In this document: positions 1-13,774 of the stretch, piece after piece
Layout: each line of letters opens with the position of its first letter
How positions within the stretch are numbered: the stretch's first letter is position 1
Origin: Eledone cirrhosa
Taxonomy: Eukaryota
Reading direction: 5' to 3'
Length of the DNA: 64,000 bases
Assembly: GCA_964016885.1 (NCBI GenBank)
Contig: OZ024747.1
Span: forward strand, 76,756,001-76,820,000
Position numbers and translations under genes: made by a program
The notes under the pieces: generated by a model
The model's database searches: none
The model's input: only the letters and a program-made list of their open reading frames with translations
What the model was told of the DNA's origin: nothing

Positions 1-56
<56 letters not shown>

Positions 57-606
57 TACACACACACTCTCTCTCTCTCTCACACACATACACACACTCT
101 CTCTCTCTCTCGTCCGCACGCCTAGTGGTTAAGTTATACACAAAGTGGTGCGGTGTCATTCATGTCTTTCTTAATGTTATTGCTCCTACTTAAGGTCGAC
201 TTCTAAATCATTTGGGTGTTCCATAAACTACATCCTCGTTTTGTTTCATATCTATCTAGACTATATTTTAACCTGTAATCTATGTTTCATTTCTGTTGCA
301 CCTCATTTCTCTAACCCCCCCCCCCCCCCTATATCTCTCGTCCGCAAGCCTTGTGGTTAGGTTATATATACACATATCTTAGTGGAAGCTTTGGATTATT
401 TACTGGGACAAACACCTTTTGAAAAGTTGATTTAAGCGAAACCGATCATGTACGGAAATACAAAAACTATATATAGTTATATCTATCTACATGTATATAG
501 TTATATCTGTATAAATACAGAGTATGTAACTGAGACTGCAACAATGTATATCTAAATATATGCTTTTTAATGTGTAAACATGCCAGACTATAATATAATG
601 TAATAT

Positions 607-792
607 AATTGTTTCTATTTTTGGCACAAGGCCAGCAATTATCCCAGTGCATTACTGGTACTTTATTTTATCGACCCCGTAAGGATGAAAGGCAAAGTTA
701 ACCTCGGCGGCAGGATTTGAACTCAGACCGCAAAGGGCCGTAACTCTATGCTCCAATGCATGCCATCCGACCCTCTACCGATACTGCCAATC
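607..792 (-). mobile_element. tRNA-derived SINE family A
   Basis: A box tggcagtatcggta, B box gttcaaatcc, core aactttgcctttcatccttacggggtcgataaaataaagtacc; >12 copies in the window. Confidence 0.85.
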
Positions 793-1250
793 GAGGTGTG
801 CGTCTGTGTGTGCACTACCATGTTATATTCGATGGTGTGTGACGAGTGTAGTATATATTTTTTCCACGTCACTGACCTGCATTACATGTTATATTTCTAA
901 ATAATTTTTTATGTATTTTCAATAAACTATCACCATAGTCCGTTGCTTTATATCTTTTTTCCGTGCCTCGTTCTATTAACTACGCCTCACCACACTTATT
1001 ATATCGCTGCAAAACATCAGATGATCACGAATTTTCTGTCTTTGTTTTTTTCTTATTGTGTTTTGTCACATATTTACCTTGTTTCTGTGGTTAATAAATT
1101 CTCGTTTTAATCACGTAGTACAAGTTTTGATCAGCCCAGGCGCCATTTTCAGCATGTATGTGTCAACGACTGTAATTTCCAGCATATCGGAATATTCTGG
1201 GTGAAGTATTTGGATAGATGGTAACCAGGACGATACACCGTCGGATATAT

Positions 1251-1307
<57 letters not shown>

Positions 1308-1316
1308 AGAACGAGG

Positions 1317-1442
<126 letters not shown>

Positions 1443-1559
1443 TATATGAGTGTGTGGGTATGTGTATGTAGATGTTTGTGTATGTATGTAAATATATAAA
1501 TATGTATGTGCATGGGACGTGGAAATACTCGGTTTCTTGCCCAACATGGCAGTTAGCTC

Positions 1560-1810
1560 ACCGAGAGTGAGACCCCTACGTCTTGTTAGGACAACATTCT
1601 AGTTGAACGAACACTCTGATGTAAATCCTCTGACACGATGGCAGCCAATGATGTTTACCTGTTCTTTATTTAGGATACCTGTTACATTTGTTCAGAGAGT
1701 GGAAGTTGTCCAGTGTAAAATATCTTCAAGCACAGGCGTCACTTGATCTAAATGACTTTCACGTGTATAACGTGAACATGGTCTTTCCTTTTTTCTGTCG
1801 CTGCAGCATG
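1560..1810 (-). pseudogene. CR1/L2-type LINE RT C-terminal remnant, interrupted
   Basis: RYTRESHLDQVTPVLEDILHW ... HWLPSCQRI resembles the R..HITPVL..LHWLP..QRI motif. Confidence 0.5.
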
Positions 1811-1978
1811 ATGACAAGTATGATATTATAAATGTTCGGTGGGATTTGGCTGGGTTATATAAGGGACAAGGAGATGTGAGGAGATTCATGAATAGAATTT
1901 TGGTCACAACGATGGCGATAATTATGAGAACGGTTTATAAATACATATATGTGTGTATGTATAGATTCATACACACCC

Positions 1979-2029
<51 letters not shown>

Positions 2030-2113
2030 GAAAAATTGAACAGGGACAGAACAGAGAGGCAGTACGATAAATGTTTATTAAATTCACGCTCAGGAGAGTG
2101 GGGGCAGGTGGGG

Positions 2114-2144
2114 GACGACGTTTCGGGCATAAGCCCTTCTTCAG
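2114..2144 (-). ncRNA. Hammerhead-like core (helix I not evident)
   Basis: Reverse complement: CTGAAGA-a GGGC ttat GCCC-GAAAC gtc GTC, followed by AATAAA and (TA)n. Confidence 0.55.
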
Positions 2145-2679
2145 GTGAGAAGTGTGTGGGAACAGAGTTCAAAAGGTGTGTAGGGGAGTGGTGGAGAGAC
2201 ATATAGCGAAAGGAAACGGTGCGAATGAAAAATTAACAAATAAAGACAAAAATATAATAAATAATAAATAAAAATAAAGTATGATCAAAATAGAAATATC
2301 ATAAAGGTAATAACACAAGCGATCGTGAACAAAAAATCATAGAAATACAATTGTAAGAACACAGGCAAAGAATCTTATACGGAAAAAAAAGGGGTACGGT
2401 AACAAAATCAAACAGAGGTAATGCGTGGAAGGAAAGACAAAGTGTGGGAAGGTGTGTAAAGTTCGGAGAAAGGTCACGGCGGATTAGATCGGGGCCGAGC
2501 CGGATATATATATATATATCATAAAACATGTCTATAGAATCACTAGATAAAATATATACCGTTTCCTCTCCCAATTAGCATAATTAACCATATAAAAAAT
2601 CAATTAGACCAAGCTATAAGAATAAAGGCTCCTATGAAGAAATCTCCGACAAATAACCGAAAGCAGCCCCTTCGCGGCG

Positions 2680-2976
2680 GTTACGACGGAGTATTTATAT
2701 ATACGCAATGAAACATTCCCAGCATCGTTATGTAACTACCCTTACAAACAAGACCTGGCAACTGAGGGAAAGTAACCATCAATACACCCTGAAGGGGAAA
2801 AAATTATCGAACGCGCCCCATATCGGAGTGGTATGAGAAGCTGTCGATTATGCGACCTTGAGCTGTTCCACATCTTGAGTTCGAAGAATAAGTTACTCAA
2901 CAATAAAATCGAAAGATCAATTTATTGTAACCATAGACTCAAAGAGAAGTTTTCGCACTACAAATCGAACCCTTAA
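2680..2976 (+). pseudogene. Degenerate PLE GIY-YIG C-terminal fragment (different family)
   Basis: Manual translation with one frameshift near 2797: TTLTNKTWQLRESNHQYTLK / KIIERAPYRSGMRSCRLCDLELFHILSSKNKLLNNKIERSIYCNHRLKEKF; aligns by eye to TALSGVLWQLK..CDLCAEEIFFILKSKNSLN..CKHRL of the intact ORF. Confidence 0.8.
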
Positions 2977-3202
2977 CCTCTTACTACCAACTGACAAACT
3001 GCATATACTTAGACTTTATACCCTCTTGTTGTATCTAAACCCTTTTAATTACCCACAAAACCAATACATATATCCCCCACTTCTCCCTCATTCCTGTTCT
3101 ATTTCTTCGTTTTCTTCCTTCCCTCTCCTTCTTGGCTATCTTTTCTTTTCTTCTTTCTCACCCCATCTTTGCTTTTATTTTTGTCATTATTATCTTTATC
3201 TT

Positions 3203-3258
<56 letters not shown>

Positions 3259-3272
3259 CTCTTTATATCTCT

Positions 3273-3329
<57 letters not shown>

Positions 3330-3754
3330 ATCCCTCCCACTATGATCAATTTAATTCTCTTTAACTCACTACACTCCACGACATGAAGTCTGCTATCAAA
3401 ACTGACCAAGGAATCCTTCCACATCTACCCCTCCCTCCATCTCAGGTTGTCACTCCACTTCCTACCTCTTCTCCCTTCCTCTCTCTCTATACTATTCCGT
3501 TTGTCCTCTCACCTTCTGATTCCTCTCTCGCTATACTAGTACATACAATTCCAAATAAATGTTTTTCTCTATATATTAAGAATTATTTCAAGAGTAACTT
3601 ACTATTTTGAAAATTTGGACTGTGAACAACAATTATATTTGAGTGGCTGCTATTTGCAGTATAGCAATATAAGGTTGCACTTACCAATGAAACGGTCGTA
3701 AATACCTGGATAAAATCCTTCTCTTAATGTTTACCTGTGTTTTCTCTTTTATAC

Positions 3755-3826
<72 letters not shown>

Positions 3827-3840
3827 TATATATATATATA

Positions 3841-3889
<49 letters not shown>

Positions 3890-3899
3890 TGTATAAAAG

Positions 3900-3950
3900 A
3901 GATTCCTGATGATTTCTAAAGAATGAAACAGTTCTAGTCCTGTACAATCT
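3900..3950 (+). ncRNA. Hammerhead ribozyme in short PLE end (element ~3895-4033)
   Basis: agattc-CTGATGA-tttc taaa gaat-GAAACAG ttctagtc CTGTA-caatct. Confidence 0.75.
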
Positions 3951-4032
3951 CATCTATATTAAAACTTTTATACTCTGCTATGTATTGAGTACCTTACTTA
4001 CTGTGGTTACCTCCGATTCAACCCGGAATAAC

Positions 4033-4078
<46 letters not shown>

Positions 4079-4080
<2 letters not shown>

Positions 4081-4589
4081 CGATGGAAATGTGGTAAGGA
4101 ACCAGGTGGACCATAATGCACCAAAGTACTCAATACTTAGGGTAGTAGAGTGGGTAATAGGAACGAGTAGGACCCCGACGGCTGAGCTCAAGCCGTTTCG
4201 ACGGCTAATTCTGGACTAAATGAACATTTTTATGCTGGTATATGAATAGCCGAGCTTCTCATATATGATAAAAGTTATTGCTTCCATATATGGTAAAAGT
4301 TATTGTCACAAGGATTGGTCAAAAGTTTGTTGTTGAGACACATAATTCTATCATGGCAATTTGTGGAGGGAAGGGGTAGATGAACTTGCCAGTAGAAGAA
4401 AGAGAGAGGGGGAGTGGAGGAAACCCAATCGTGCGTTGATAGTGCCAACTACAGTTCAGAATTAGCCGTCGAAACGGCTTGAGCTCAGCCGTCGGGGTCT
4501 TACTTGTTCCTATTACCCACTCTACTACCCTAAGTATTGAGTACTTTGGTGCGTTATGGTCCATCTGGTTCCTTACCACATTTCCTTCG

Positions 4590-4591
<2 letters not shown>
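4079..4591. mobile_element. Inverted-arm element (arms ~4079-4219 / 4452-4591) in (TA)n; carries an HHR 3'-half-like motif and the bulged hairpin
   Basis: Arms ~140 bp, highly similar; GAAACggct..agccGTC; related fold-back copy at 9462-9655. Confidence 0.8.
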
Positions 4592-4655
<64 letters not shown>

Positions 4656-4697
4656 GGTATAGAAAACATTGTAGCGAAAAGCCAACAGTATTCCATA

Positions 4698-4743
<46 letters not shown>

Positions 4744-4747
<4 letters not shown>

Positions 4748-4846
4748 ATTAATATTAGAAACAAATACTCCAAATATTTGTCGAGTGCTTTTATATCAGT
4801 TATAAATATTTACTAGTTGTAACCCAACAATTTTAAATATAACTTT

Positions 4847-4849
<3 letters not shown>
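4744..4849 (+). mobile_element. Terminal fragment of the large PLE between (TA)n tracts
   Basis: 4765-4849 is a near-exact reverse complement of 38641-38725. Confidence 0.85.
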
Positions 4850-4897
<48 letters not shown>

Positions 4898-6030
4898 ACC
4901 AAACCTGGTCTCCAAAATTTAAAATATTCAACACTATTGCCCATCTTTGTTGATGGCACGGTTTCACTAGTTATATGAATAATTTATAAAACTATTTTCG
5001 TCAACGCTTTATAGTGACTTGCTTGCTAGGGAATATTTGTGTATAACATTATAGAAGAAGGTTAAAGTTGAACTTTTATATAGCCACAACTGTGATATTC
5101 AATACAACTGAATACATGCAATCTTTAATTTCCTTCCTTTATTGCAGAATTTGGAGGAGATAAATGGCAATAGAATAATAATTTGGAGGTTCATAAAGGT
5201 TGGTGTCAGGTGAGAGACATGTTCTAGTATTAAATATTTCAGTAAAAATTTTAGAATTAGCGACAACCACAGCAACTACTTTAAGATTGGCGACAAGTGG
5301 AAGAAGAAAGTTTAATGTCAGGGATTAGAACGAAAAGAAACGAATATAAATAAGCTGGTTTATATGAAATCGACGTTTTCATTAGTGGCTAGTGGGAGAT
5401 AATTCATGTGAAGATAGTTTTCTATGATCTCAATAAACTTCTTACTACTATATTTGGAAGATAAAGAAAATTTCGTTGAATTCACTCATGCATAATCTGA
5501 AAAATGACAAAGGCCAAATACTTGGAACTGCTGAACAGAATGGAGAATTATTTGATGAAATGTTATGTGCAGCAAATTGTACAATCTCTTTCATAGATGT
5601 GAACATTTTACAACAAATGTGTGGAAGACAATCAAAGTGACTGAATCAGTTTCGATTGTCAGCTTAAAACTATTGGTTTCATTTATACCCATAATTACTG
5701 TTGGTCGTGTTTAACATCGTCTTAGACGTCGATAAGACCTATCACTAAATATACGTTCCTGTTATAAACATTCCGTCTTTTTCTTTAGCCCGTGTGTCAT
5801 TAAATGTAAGAAGAATGGGACGACTTGAAAAAAATATGACTGCTATTTCTAGGAGGTTAAGCGACTGTGCAGACACTCCCCTGTTGACTTGAGACGCCTA
5901 TCATTCTTGCAATGATTTTACTTGTCAATACTGATCTAATTTTGCTCACTATCGCATATCAACCTTTACCTACATATTCGTTCTTCATAGTGAAATTTTA
6001 CTTGGAAATTCAACAATGTCTTTATTATTA

Positions 6031-6223
6031 GGGGTGGTGGATTGGCAGTATCGGTAGAGGGTCAGACGCCATGCTTTGCAACATACAGTTATGGCCCTTG
6101 CCATTCTAAGTTCAAATCCCGCCGAGGTTAACTTTGCCTTTCATCCTTACGGGGTCAATAAAATACAGTACCAGTAATGTACTGGTAATTGCTGGTCTTG
6201 TGCCAAAAGTAGAAACAATTATT
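6031..6223 (+). mobile_element. SINE family A
   Basis: Full-length copy with A/B boxes, core and gtagaaacaatta tail. Confidence 0.85.
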
Positions 6224-7229
6224 AAGCAATGCCTAAATTAGTTTCAATGGTGATGGTCTAATTGATCGAAACACAAGCCTGGACAGTTTAATATATCTAC
6301 TTTAGTAGTTCAATATTCCGAGATCTAAATCCTGTTAGTATTCTATACTAGTTGTGATAATTTCACTCCCTTTACATTATTAATAAACTCACACAATTCA
6401 TGAATGTTAAAATATTTTTCATTTCAAATCTTCAACTTCGTGTCTACGTAGGCATTCTACTTCAACATATAAGACATAGCAGACACATATGGCAACCGTT
6501 TGAAAGTGTAGATTCATTCTGAATGATAAATACTAACTGTCAAAAAGAAAAGAATATTTTATCTTTCATCTTTAAATTTGCAAATGGCGGCGGCATTACG
6601 TTAAGAATTCGTTTTATACGTATCTTTGAAGTCTTGAACAAAATCATTGTATGAAAATATGATATCCATAGGTGTCTTTAGATTCTTCAATGATAATCAA
6701 TGTGGAGAAAATTGAATATGAAATGGTTTCCGATAATTTTGTTTTTCTTTTTGTTCCATTGAAGTAATATCTTACATATTGAAGTAAAGAAACAATGAAA
6801 TAGAGTAAAACATTATATGATAACGGTTTTCTGGTAAATCATATTATCTTGCATAATGTTTAACTGATGAGAGTTTTCTGAAGTAATGGAGAAATAATAG
6901 TTGCTTTAGTTCGACTTTATGGTTTCATGTAGTAGTTTATAACATAATAGGCACTCCGTCGATTACGACGACGAGTATTCCAGTTGATACGACCAACCGA
7001 ACAGCCAACTCGTGAAATTAACGTGTAAGTGGCTGAGCATTCCACAGATACGCGTACCTTTAACGAGTTCTCAGGAGGATTCAGCGTGACACAGAATGTG
7101 ACAAGGCTGGCCTTTAGAATTTACAGGTAGAATAAATAAATTACAGGTAAATAAATTACAGGTAGAATAAATAAATTACAGGTAGAATCAATAAACCAGA
7201 AAAACAAGATAGATGATTTCTCCAGGTAT

Positions 7230-7551
7230 TGAACATGCGTTGATTCCGATGATGAGTGTTCCAGTGGTTCGATCAACGAAACAACTGGCTTGTGAAATAA
7301 ATGAGAAAGTAAGTAACTAATCTTTCCATAGACACATGTACTCTCGGGAATATGCAGTGTGGCACAGTGTGCCACACGGCTGACCTTTTGAATTACATTT
7401 ACAATTAATTTTAATATTCCTAATTGAGTGGACTGTCGCAGCGTGAAATAAAATATCTTGCTCAAGGACAGAACGTCCCGCCGACAATCGAACTACAACC
7501 AGACATACGATCGTGAGCCGAACACCCTAACCACTAAACCACCTGCCTTCA
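7230..7551 (-). mobile_element. tRNA-derived SINE family B (partial related tail at 6945-7130)
   Basis: Minus-strand tRNA-like head (gtggtttagtggttagg..gttcgatt) followed by ccttgagcaag..tttatttcacg. Confidence 0.7.
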
Positions 7552-8449
7552 TAAATAAATAAATAAAAAGATAAATAAAAAAATAAATAAATAGATAAAT
7601 AAATAAATAAATAAATAGATAAGTAGATAAATAAATAAATAAATAAATAAATAGATAAATAAATGACAAAGTACAAGATACATATTTCCGGTAAGTGAAG
7701 CATGATAACGAACCCATAATGAGGAAGGTGGTCGGTTCCGAATTCTGTTTCATATTTACTATTAAGAGAACTAGCAGATGGCGGGGGTTGGAGGGATCAT
7801 AGAATTGCTCTGCCTCCAGCAATACGTTTGAAGTGAGATGAATTAGTGTGAAAGAGAAACTGGAAGCTAAGACCTTAATATTCTCACGTTTGACACCGTG
7901 TAACATTGGTGGGGGTCTAAAGACAGGAGTAATCTTGCTTCATTGTTCACCATTGCTAGGCATGTTATTTATTCCACTAAACTTTATATACCATATGTTA
8001 TTTGATCCTGGATAGGAATCTATTCTTCTTTTCATTTTCGTTTCTTTTCTTTGTATTTTTCCTAGATTAATCTCTGTAACAAAGGTGAGAATAGCTATTT
8101 CTGTGTCTATATGTATGAACATATGTACGTATGTGTGTATGTGTCCATATGAACGCACTTAAACAAACAAGGATATATATATATATATATATTCCTTTAG
8201 CCGTCTGGATCTGTTGTTTGGGGTTGATTGTAGATGTATGATTTATTTACGTTTACTTAAGTTTGTGGTTGGGTTGGATTTAATTTTGGTTGTATTTCTG
8301 TAAAACGTATATAAGCTAGCGCTTAGTCTCTCTTCAGTACTGATGATAAATTAAAAAAATCCTGAAACAAGTGTGTGGCGTTCTCACTAAGCTACAGAGA
8401 TAGATGTGTCATGATCACACCTTAAATAACTTCAAGCGATACATATGTT

Positions 8450-8532
<83 letters not shown>

Positions 8533-8533
<1 letters not shown>

Positions 8534-9419
8534 GGTGGCGGACTGGCAACTATAAAAATTAAAAGATAGCATTCTATATGTAGGTGGACCCCTTCATCTG
8601 GCAAACAATATTTTTAGACTTTAGATTTTAGTCTTCACATTTATTGTTATTACTATACACACACACACATATAGTTTGAATCTAATTGACATGCAAAAAC
8701 ATATATATAGGAATGACGTATGCCCAAATTAACGAGGATGTTGTTTATGGAACACCCAAATGACTTAGAAGTCGACCTTAAGTAGGAGCAATAACATTAA
8801 GAAAGACATGAACGACACCACAACACTTTGTTTTGAAAATTTGAAACTAGGTTTATAAGTATGAATTTTCATAAGATTTTCATAGCTGTCTCTGTGGTCT
8901 AGCGGTAGGTACTAGAGACGATGGAGATCCTGGCTTTGGATTCAATCCTGGTCAAGAGGTACATGCAAACGTCTTCAGTTTTTATTTTACAACCAATAGA
9001 AAAAAAACTGAAAAGGTTTACCGGAAACCCTATCCCCAACTATGATCGAACTTCAGACCAGGATTACCACCGTCTGTGATTCCTCCGACTAGGCCACCGA
9101 AACAGCTACAAGAGTATGATGAAAATTGATAATTATAAACCTACTTTCAAAATCAAAGTTAAAAAGATGTGGTGGCGTTCATGGCTTTCCTAGAGCTATT
9201 AGTAATATTTAGGGTCGACTTCTGGTCATTATTGAAAGTCTCTGGATTTCGCAAAATACATAATATTTTTATTGGAGAAGGTAAGATATTTTTCCGCAAA
9301 AATTTATGTATTTTTCGAAAATGTTATTTATTCATTATAAAAATTAAATGATAGCATTCTATATGTAGGTGGGCCCCCTTCATCTCCTGGCAACCAATAT
9401 TTTTAGACCCTGTCCGCTA

Positions 9420-9422
<3 letters not shown>
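8533..9422. mobile_element. Composite MITE-like element: short TIRs (cggtggcggactgg / cctgtccgctaatg), ~70-bp direct repeats (8551-8620, 9337-9408), internal diverged palindrome
   Basis: Read directly; a related end cagtggcggactgg occurs at 51641; hAT-like by terminal sequence only. Confidence 0.5.
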
Positions 9423-9461
<39 letters not shown>

Positions 9462-9463
<2 letters not shown>

Positions 9464-9655
9464 CGAAGGAGTTGTAGTAAGGAACCAGATGGACCATAAC
9501 ACACCAGAGTACTCAATACTTAGGGTAGCAAAGTGGGTAATAGGAAAAAGTATGACCCCGACGCAGAGCTCAGGCCGTTTCGACGGCTATTTCTGAACTG
9601 AAATAGCCGTCGAAACAGCTTGAGCTCTGCTGTCGGGGGTCATACTTTTCCCTAT
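9462..9655. mobile_element. Asymmetric fold-back copy of the 4079-4591 family
   Basis: Long arm 9462-9598 and short arm 9600-9655 meet at ctatttc tgaact gaaatag. Confidence 0.8.
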
Positions 9656-9816
9656 ATTTTTTAATTTATTTATTTATTTATTTATTTAACTGCTCTGTAA
9701 AACAACTGATGTTCATACATTGAGCTATTTCTCTTACTGGTAATAAGGTAATTAAGAAATGACTGACCTTCTTGTTTATAGTTGTTTATACTATATACAT
9801 AACTATAAATATTATT

Positions 9817-9997
9817 TTGGCTGTATCAGTAGAGGGCTGGACGCCATGCTTTCTAGCATAGTTACGTCCCTTTACGGTTTGAGTTCAAATCCCGTCGAGG
9901 TTAATTTTGCCTTTCAACCTTACGGGGTCGATAAAATAAAGTACCAGTAATGTACTAGGTAATTGCTGGCCTTGTGCCAAATGTAGAAACAATTATT
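9817..9997 (+). mobile_element. SINE family A
   Basis: Similar to 6031-6223. Confidence 0.85.
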
Positions 9998-11304
9998 GTT
10001 ATTATATATATATATATATATGTATATATATGTGTGTATATATATATGTGTGGGGGTGTAAGTGTGTAGGGGTATTTGTGGTTAAGTGAAGATAGAAAAA
10101 TCTCTGAGTGGGGAGTACTAGGGTCAGAGTTAGTGATAAACCACTATCAACAATAACACCACTACAAAACGACAACAGCTAACACCAATAACAAAAACTA
10201 TCATCCCAACCACCACTACAATCTCTACCACCACCACTACTACAGCTACCACCACCACTATCACAATCATGAACACGAGCACCACAATCACTACAATCAC
10301 AAATACCACCACCACAATTACCACAACCATCACCGCAATCACCACAACAACCACCAACAACAACACCACAACCCCCATAATCACCACCAACAACCACCAC
10401 CACCACCACCACAACCTCCCCCCCCCCCCCCCCCCATCACCACACTACCACTAATAACACCAATACCCCCTCCCCCAGCAACACCAATACCCCAACCACT
10501 ACGTCCCCACCCCACCCCACCCCACCACCAACACCACCCCAACCACTACGACCACCAACAACACCAATACCACCACACTACACCCGCCCCCATCATTAAT
10601 ACCATCAAACTAAGATCTATGCTATTGTATGCCTCGTGTCTGATGTGTCTGGAATGCTGAATCACTAAATCTAATAATTACAATAGCAAAAGAAAAAAAA
10701 CAAACACCTACCCTCCTCCCTCCCTCCCTCTCTTACTTTCCTTTCCCCCCCCCTCTCATCCTTCTTACTTTCCTTTCTCTTCCCCTCCCCCTTCTACCTC
10801 CCCCCACTTCTTATTTTGATTTATAGAGTCTGTCATTCTTACACCCTCATCTCACCACCATCTACACTACCTAACATCTATTATTTCGTCCCCTACTTTC
10901 GTCGTTGTTGTTGTTGTTGTTACTGCTGCTGCTGCTGCTGCTGCTGTTGTTGTTGGTAGTGGTGTTGTTGTTGTTGTTGGTGTTATTGTGGTTGTTGCTG
11001 TTGCTGTTACTACTGTTGTTACTCTTGCTGCTGCTTTTGTTATTTGTTATTGTTTAACTCAAGGGTCGGCACACTGAACGAACAGACCTATGGACAAAAC
11101 AGCATTCCAGTCGTGACCATCACGTCTATTTATATTGATTCATCAGGGTCCTTAGCGTTAAATATCAGACTAACGCCAAACTTAACTGTGTGTGTGTGAC
11201 AGCTCACACCTATGCAGGTTTAGCTGGCCTCCTCCAAGGTATATCTTGTTGGAGGTGTCTTGGGTGATTTAATGATAGGGACCCCAATCCTATCATCTCA
11301 TTTC

Positions 11305-11441
11305 TACAGCTGAGTAGACTGGAGCAACGTGAAATAAAGTGTCTTGATCAAGGAAACAACACATCACCCGGTCCGAGAATTGAACTCACAACCTTTCGAT
11401 TGCAAGCCCGACGCTCTAAACACTAAGCCATGCGCCTTCAC
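11305..11441 (-). mobile_element. SINE family B (other partial copies ~28700-28790 and 61168-61276)
   Basis: Shared gagcaacgtgaaataaagtgtcttg.tcaagg and tRNA-like head. Confidence 0.75.
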
Positions 11442-11815
11442 AAACCCTAAACCTGTACCTAATCCTAACCCTAACTCTATTCTTAAAACTAACCCTAAAA
11501 CTACCAGTAAAACTACCCTTAGCCCTTATCAGAACGTTAATGTTCAGCTCTAAAACTAATACGTAACACTAACCTTAAACTTAACCCAAGCATTAACACC
11601 AATACTGGCGCTAAACCTAATCGAGTTGAAAATCCGTTAGGTGAAAGACGTGTCTCGAAGATGGTTTGCTAATTTGTTATAGAACTAACTTCATACCGAA
11701 CTCGTCCTATGGACAGAGTGCTCTACTTACTATGGATATAACCTCCCAGTGTTCTACCATATATATATAGTGACGAAACATAAGTCAATTGTATGAATTC
11801 ATAATCCTTTATTTA

Positions 11816-11869
11816 CCGCTATATATATTTCGATGATAGCCATTGTATGGCTATGACCTCATCAGGCAG
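11816..11869 (-). ncRNA. Hammerhead ribozyme related to the one at 21547
   Basis: Reverse complement: CTGC-CTGATGA-ggt.atagccat aca atggctat.atc-GAAA-tatatata-GCGG, followed by aataaa; stem II changes are compensatory relative to 21547. Confidence 0.85.
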
Positions 11870-11929
11870 TTAGTAAGTTCTTAGATATGCCAGCTCTGGG
11901 TTTTTGGTGTTGATGGTTTTAGAGCCTGG

Positions 11930-11972
<43 letters not shown>

Positions 11973-12198
11973 TTCAATGTTATCAACCCTTCGTGGTACG
12001 GTACGTACCGTAGATAGAAGTCAATGTATTCTGATAGCGAGTAATCCAGTGAAATCCATAGAAAGGTTCCGTGTTCCGCTGAGTCAATCACTTAGATACA
12101 GAGTCAATATGATCAACCCTCCGAAACGATCGTAAAACCATGATATGAATAAGTAAAATAACTTGACTTTGTTATCATTTTCATTGTTAAATTAAAAT

Positions 12199-12256
<58 letters not shown>

Positions 12257-12531
12257 ACGATCGATTGTAACGTCCAGTTACTGTTATGATGGTGGTAGTG
12301 TTTTTTTTTTGGGGGGGGGGGGGGCATATGATGATATTTATATTGTAGCTGCGATGGTGGGGAGGGATGAAAGGGGGAGTGTTTCATGGGAGGTTTCAGT
12401 ACTTTACGTAAGTGATATATCTGTGGCGCTGCGGTGGTTCTTGTTTTCAGTCTGGAGAGGGGCGGTGCTTGGACATTAATTCTGATCAACAATTGTATAC
12501 CTACACATTGTCATTTGACCATATAATACCC

Positions 12532-12587
<56 letters not shown>

Positions 12588-12714
12588 TCCCTGATCTCTC
12601 GCTCATCTCTCTCTCTCTCTCTAGACACACACATATACACACACACGGGTGTCTTTTGGCTATCATTTAAATATATATATATGTGTGGATATATATATAT
12701 ACAAACACACACAA

Positions 12715-12788
<74 letters not shown>

Positions 12789-13743
12789 CAAAAGACACCC
12801 GTTTCCAGTCTTTGAAGTACGATAGGAGACATTTTATATTTATATTCATGATGGCCGACAACAGATTTGCTGGCTCTCCTTCCGAACTACATCACTACTA
12901 TCGCTACAGCAGCGTCATGCAAATCAAAACCAGCTACAGACAAATAAATAACTAGGAAGAGACCACAAACAATATAATAGGAATATTATATCTAGAATAG
13001 GAGGAGGAGGAGGGGGGGGGGAGAAGAAGAAGAAGAAGAAGAAGAAGAAGAAGAAGAAGAAGAAGAAGAAGAAGAAGAAGAAGAAGAAGAAGAAGACAAA
13101 CACAATAACAAGAGCATCAGCAACATCAATAGCAACAATAAAAAACAACAATATCAACAATAAAAAGAACAACAACAACAAACACAACAACAAGAGCAGC
13201 AACATCAACATCAACAATAAAAGGAACAACAACAACAACAAAAACAATAAAAGGAACAACACAACAGCAACAACAACAGCAACAATACAACAGCAGCAGC
13301 AACATCAACCATAAAAACAACATCAACAATAAAAACAACAACAACAACAAAGGATAATAAATTAGCAGAAATGGCAAATGTCGTATTTGTTACCTATTAT
13401 ACAAAAGTACTGTTTGCTCTGAATAAATTTCTCACTTGTACTCCAGCTGCGTAAATTTTCACTTCATTGTGTGTGGTGTGTGTGTGTGTATGTGTGTATG
13501 TATGTGCCAGTGTGTGTGATGTATGGGTGAGTGTGTTTGTGTTTGTGGTGTATGTGTGTGTATGTGTGTGTATGTGTGTATGCATATGTGCGCGTGTATA
13601 GGCTTTTTTGTCTTTGGTTTTTCAAATATTTTTATGCATGCATGTGTTTTGTAGAGTCGTAATTTGACGTTTCTACAACAGCCAAATAATTGTGGTGCCT
13701 CATTAGAAATATATAAAGAGACAGACTGTCGCAAAAATAACAA

Positions 13744-13774
<31 letters not shown>

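Noticed and set aside
5148-5600. Possible exon (ttgcag..gtgag) or pogo-like transposase remnant (KGWCQ, TTTAT)
   Set aside because: Multiple stops and only fragmentary similarity; no partner exons identified.
6031-6125. tRNA gene candidates (A/B boxes)
   Set aside because: These are SINE heads continuing into shared SINE bodies; no complete cloverleaf.
8340-8392. CTGATGA...GAAAC hammerhead candidate (similar weak cases near 3688, 12123, 20094, 58789, 59300)
   Set aside because: Helices do not pair convincingly or half of the core is missing; at best decayed copies.
11443-11625. Telomere-like (aaccct)n tract
   Set aside because: Short, highly degenerate and interstitial; not a telomere array.
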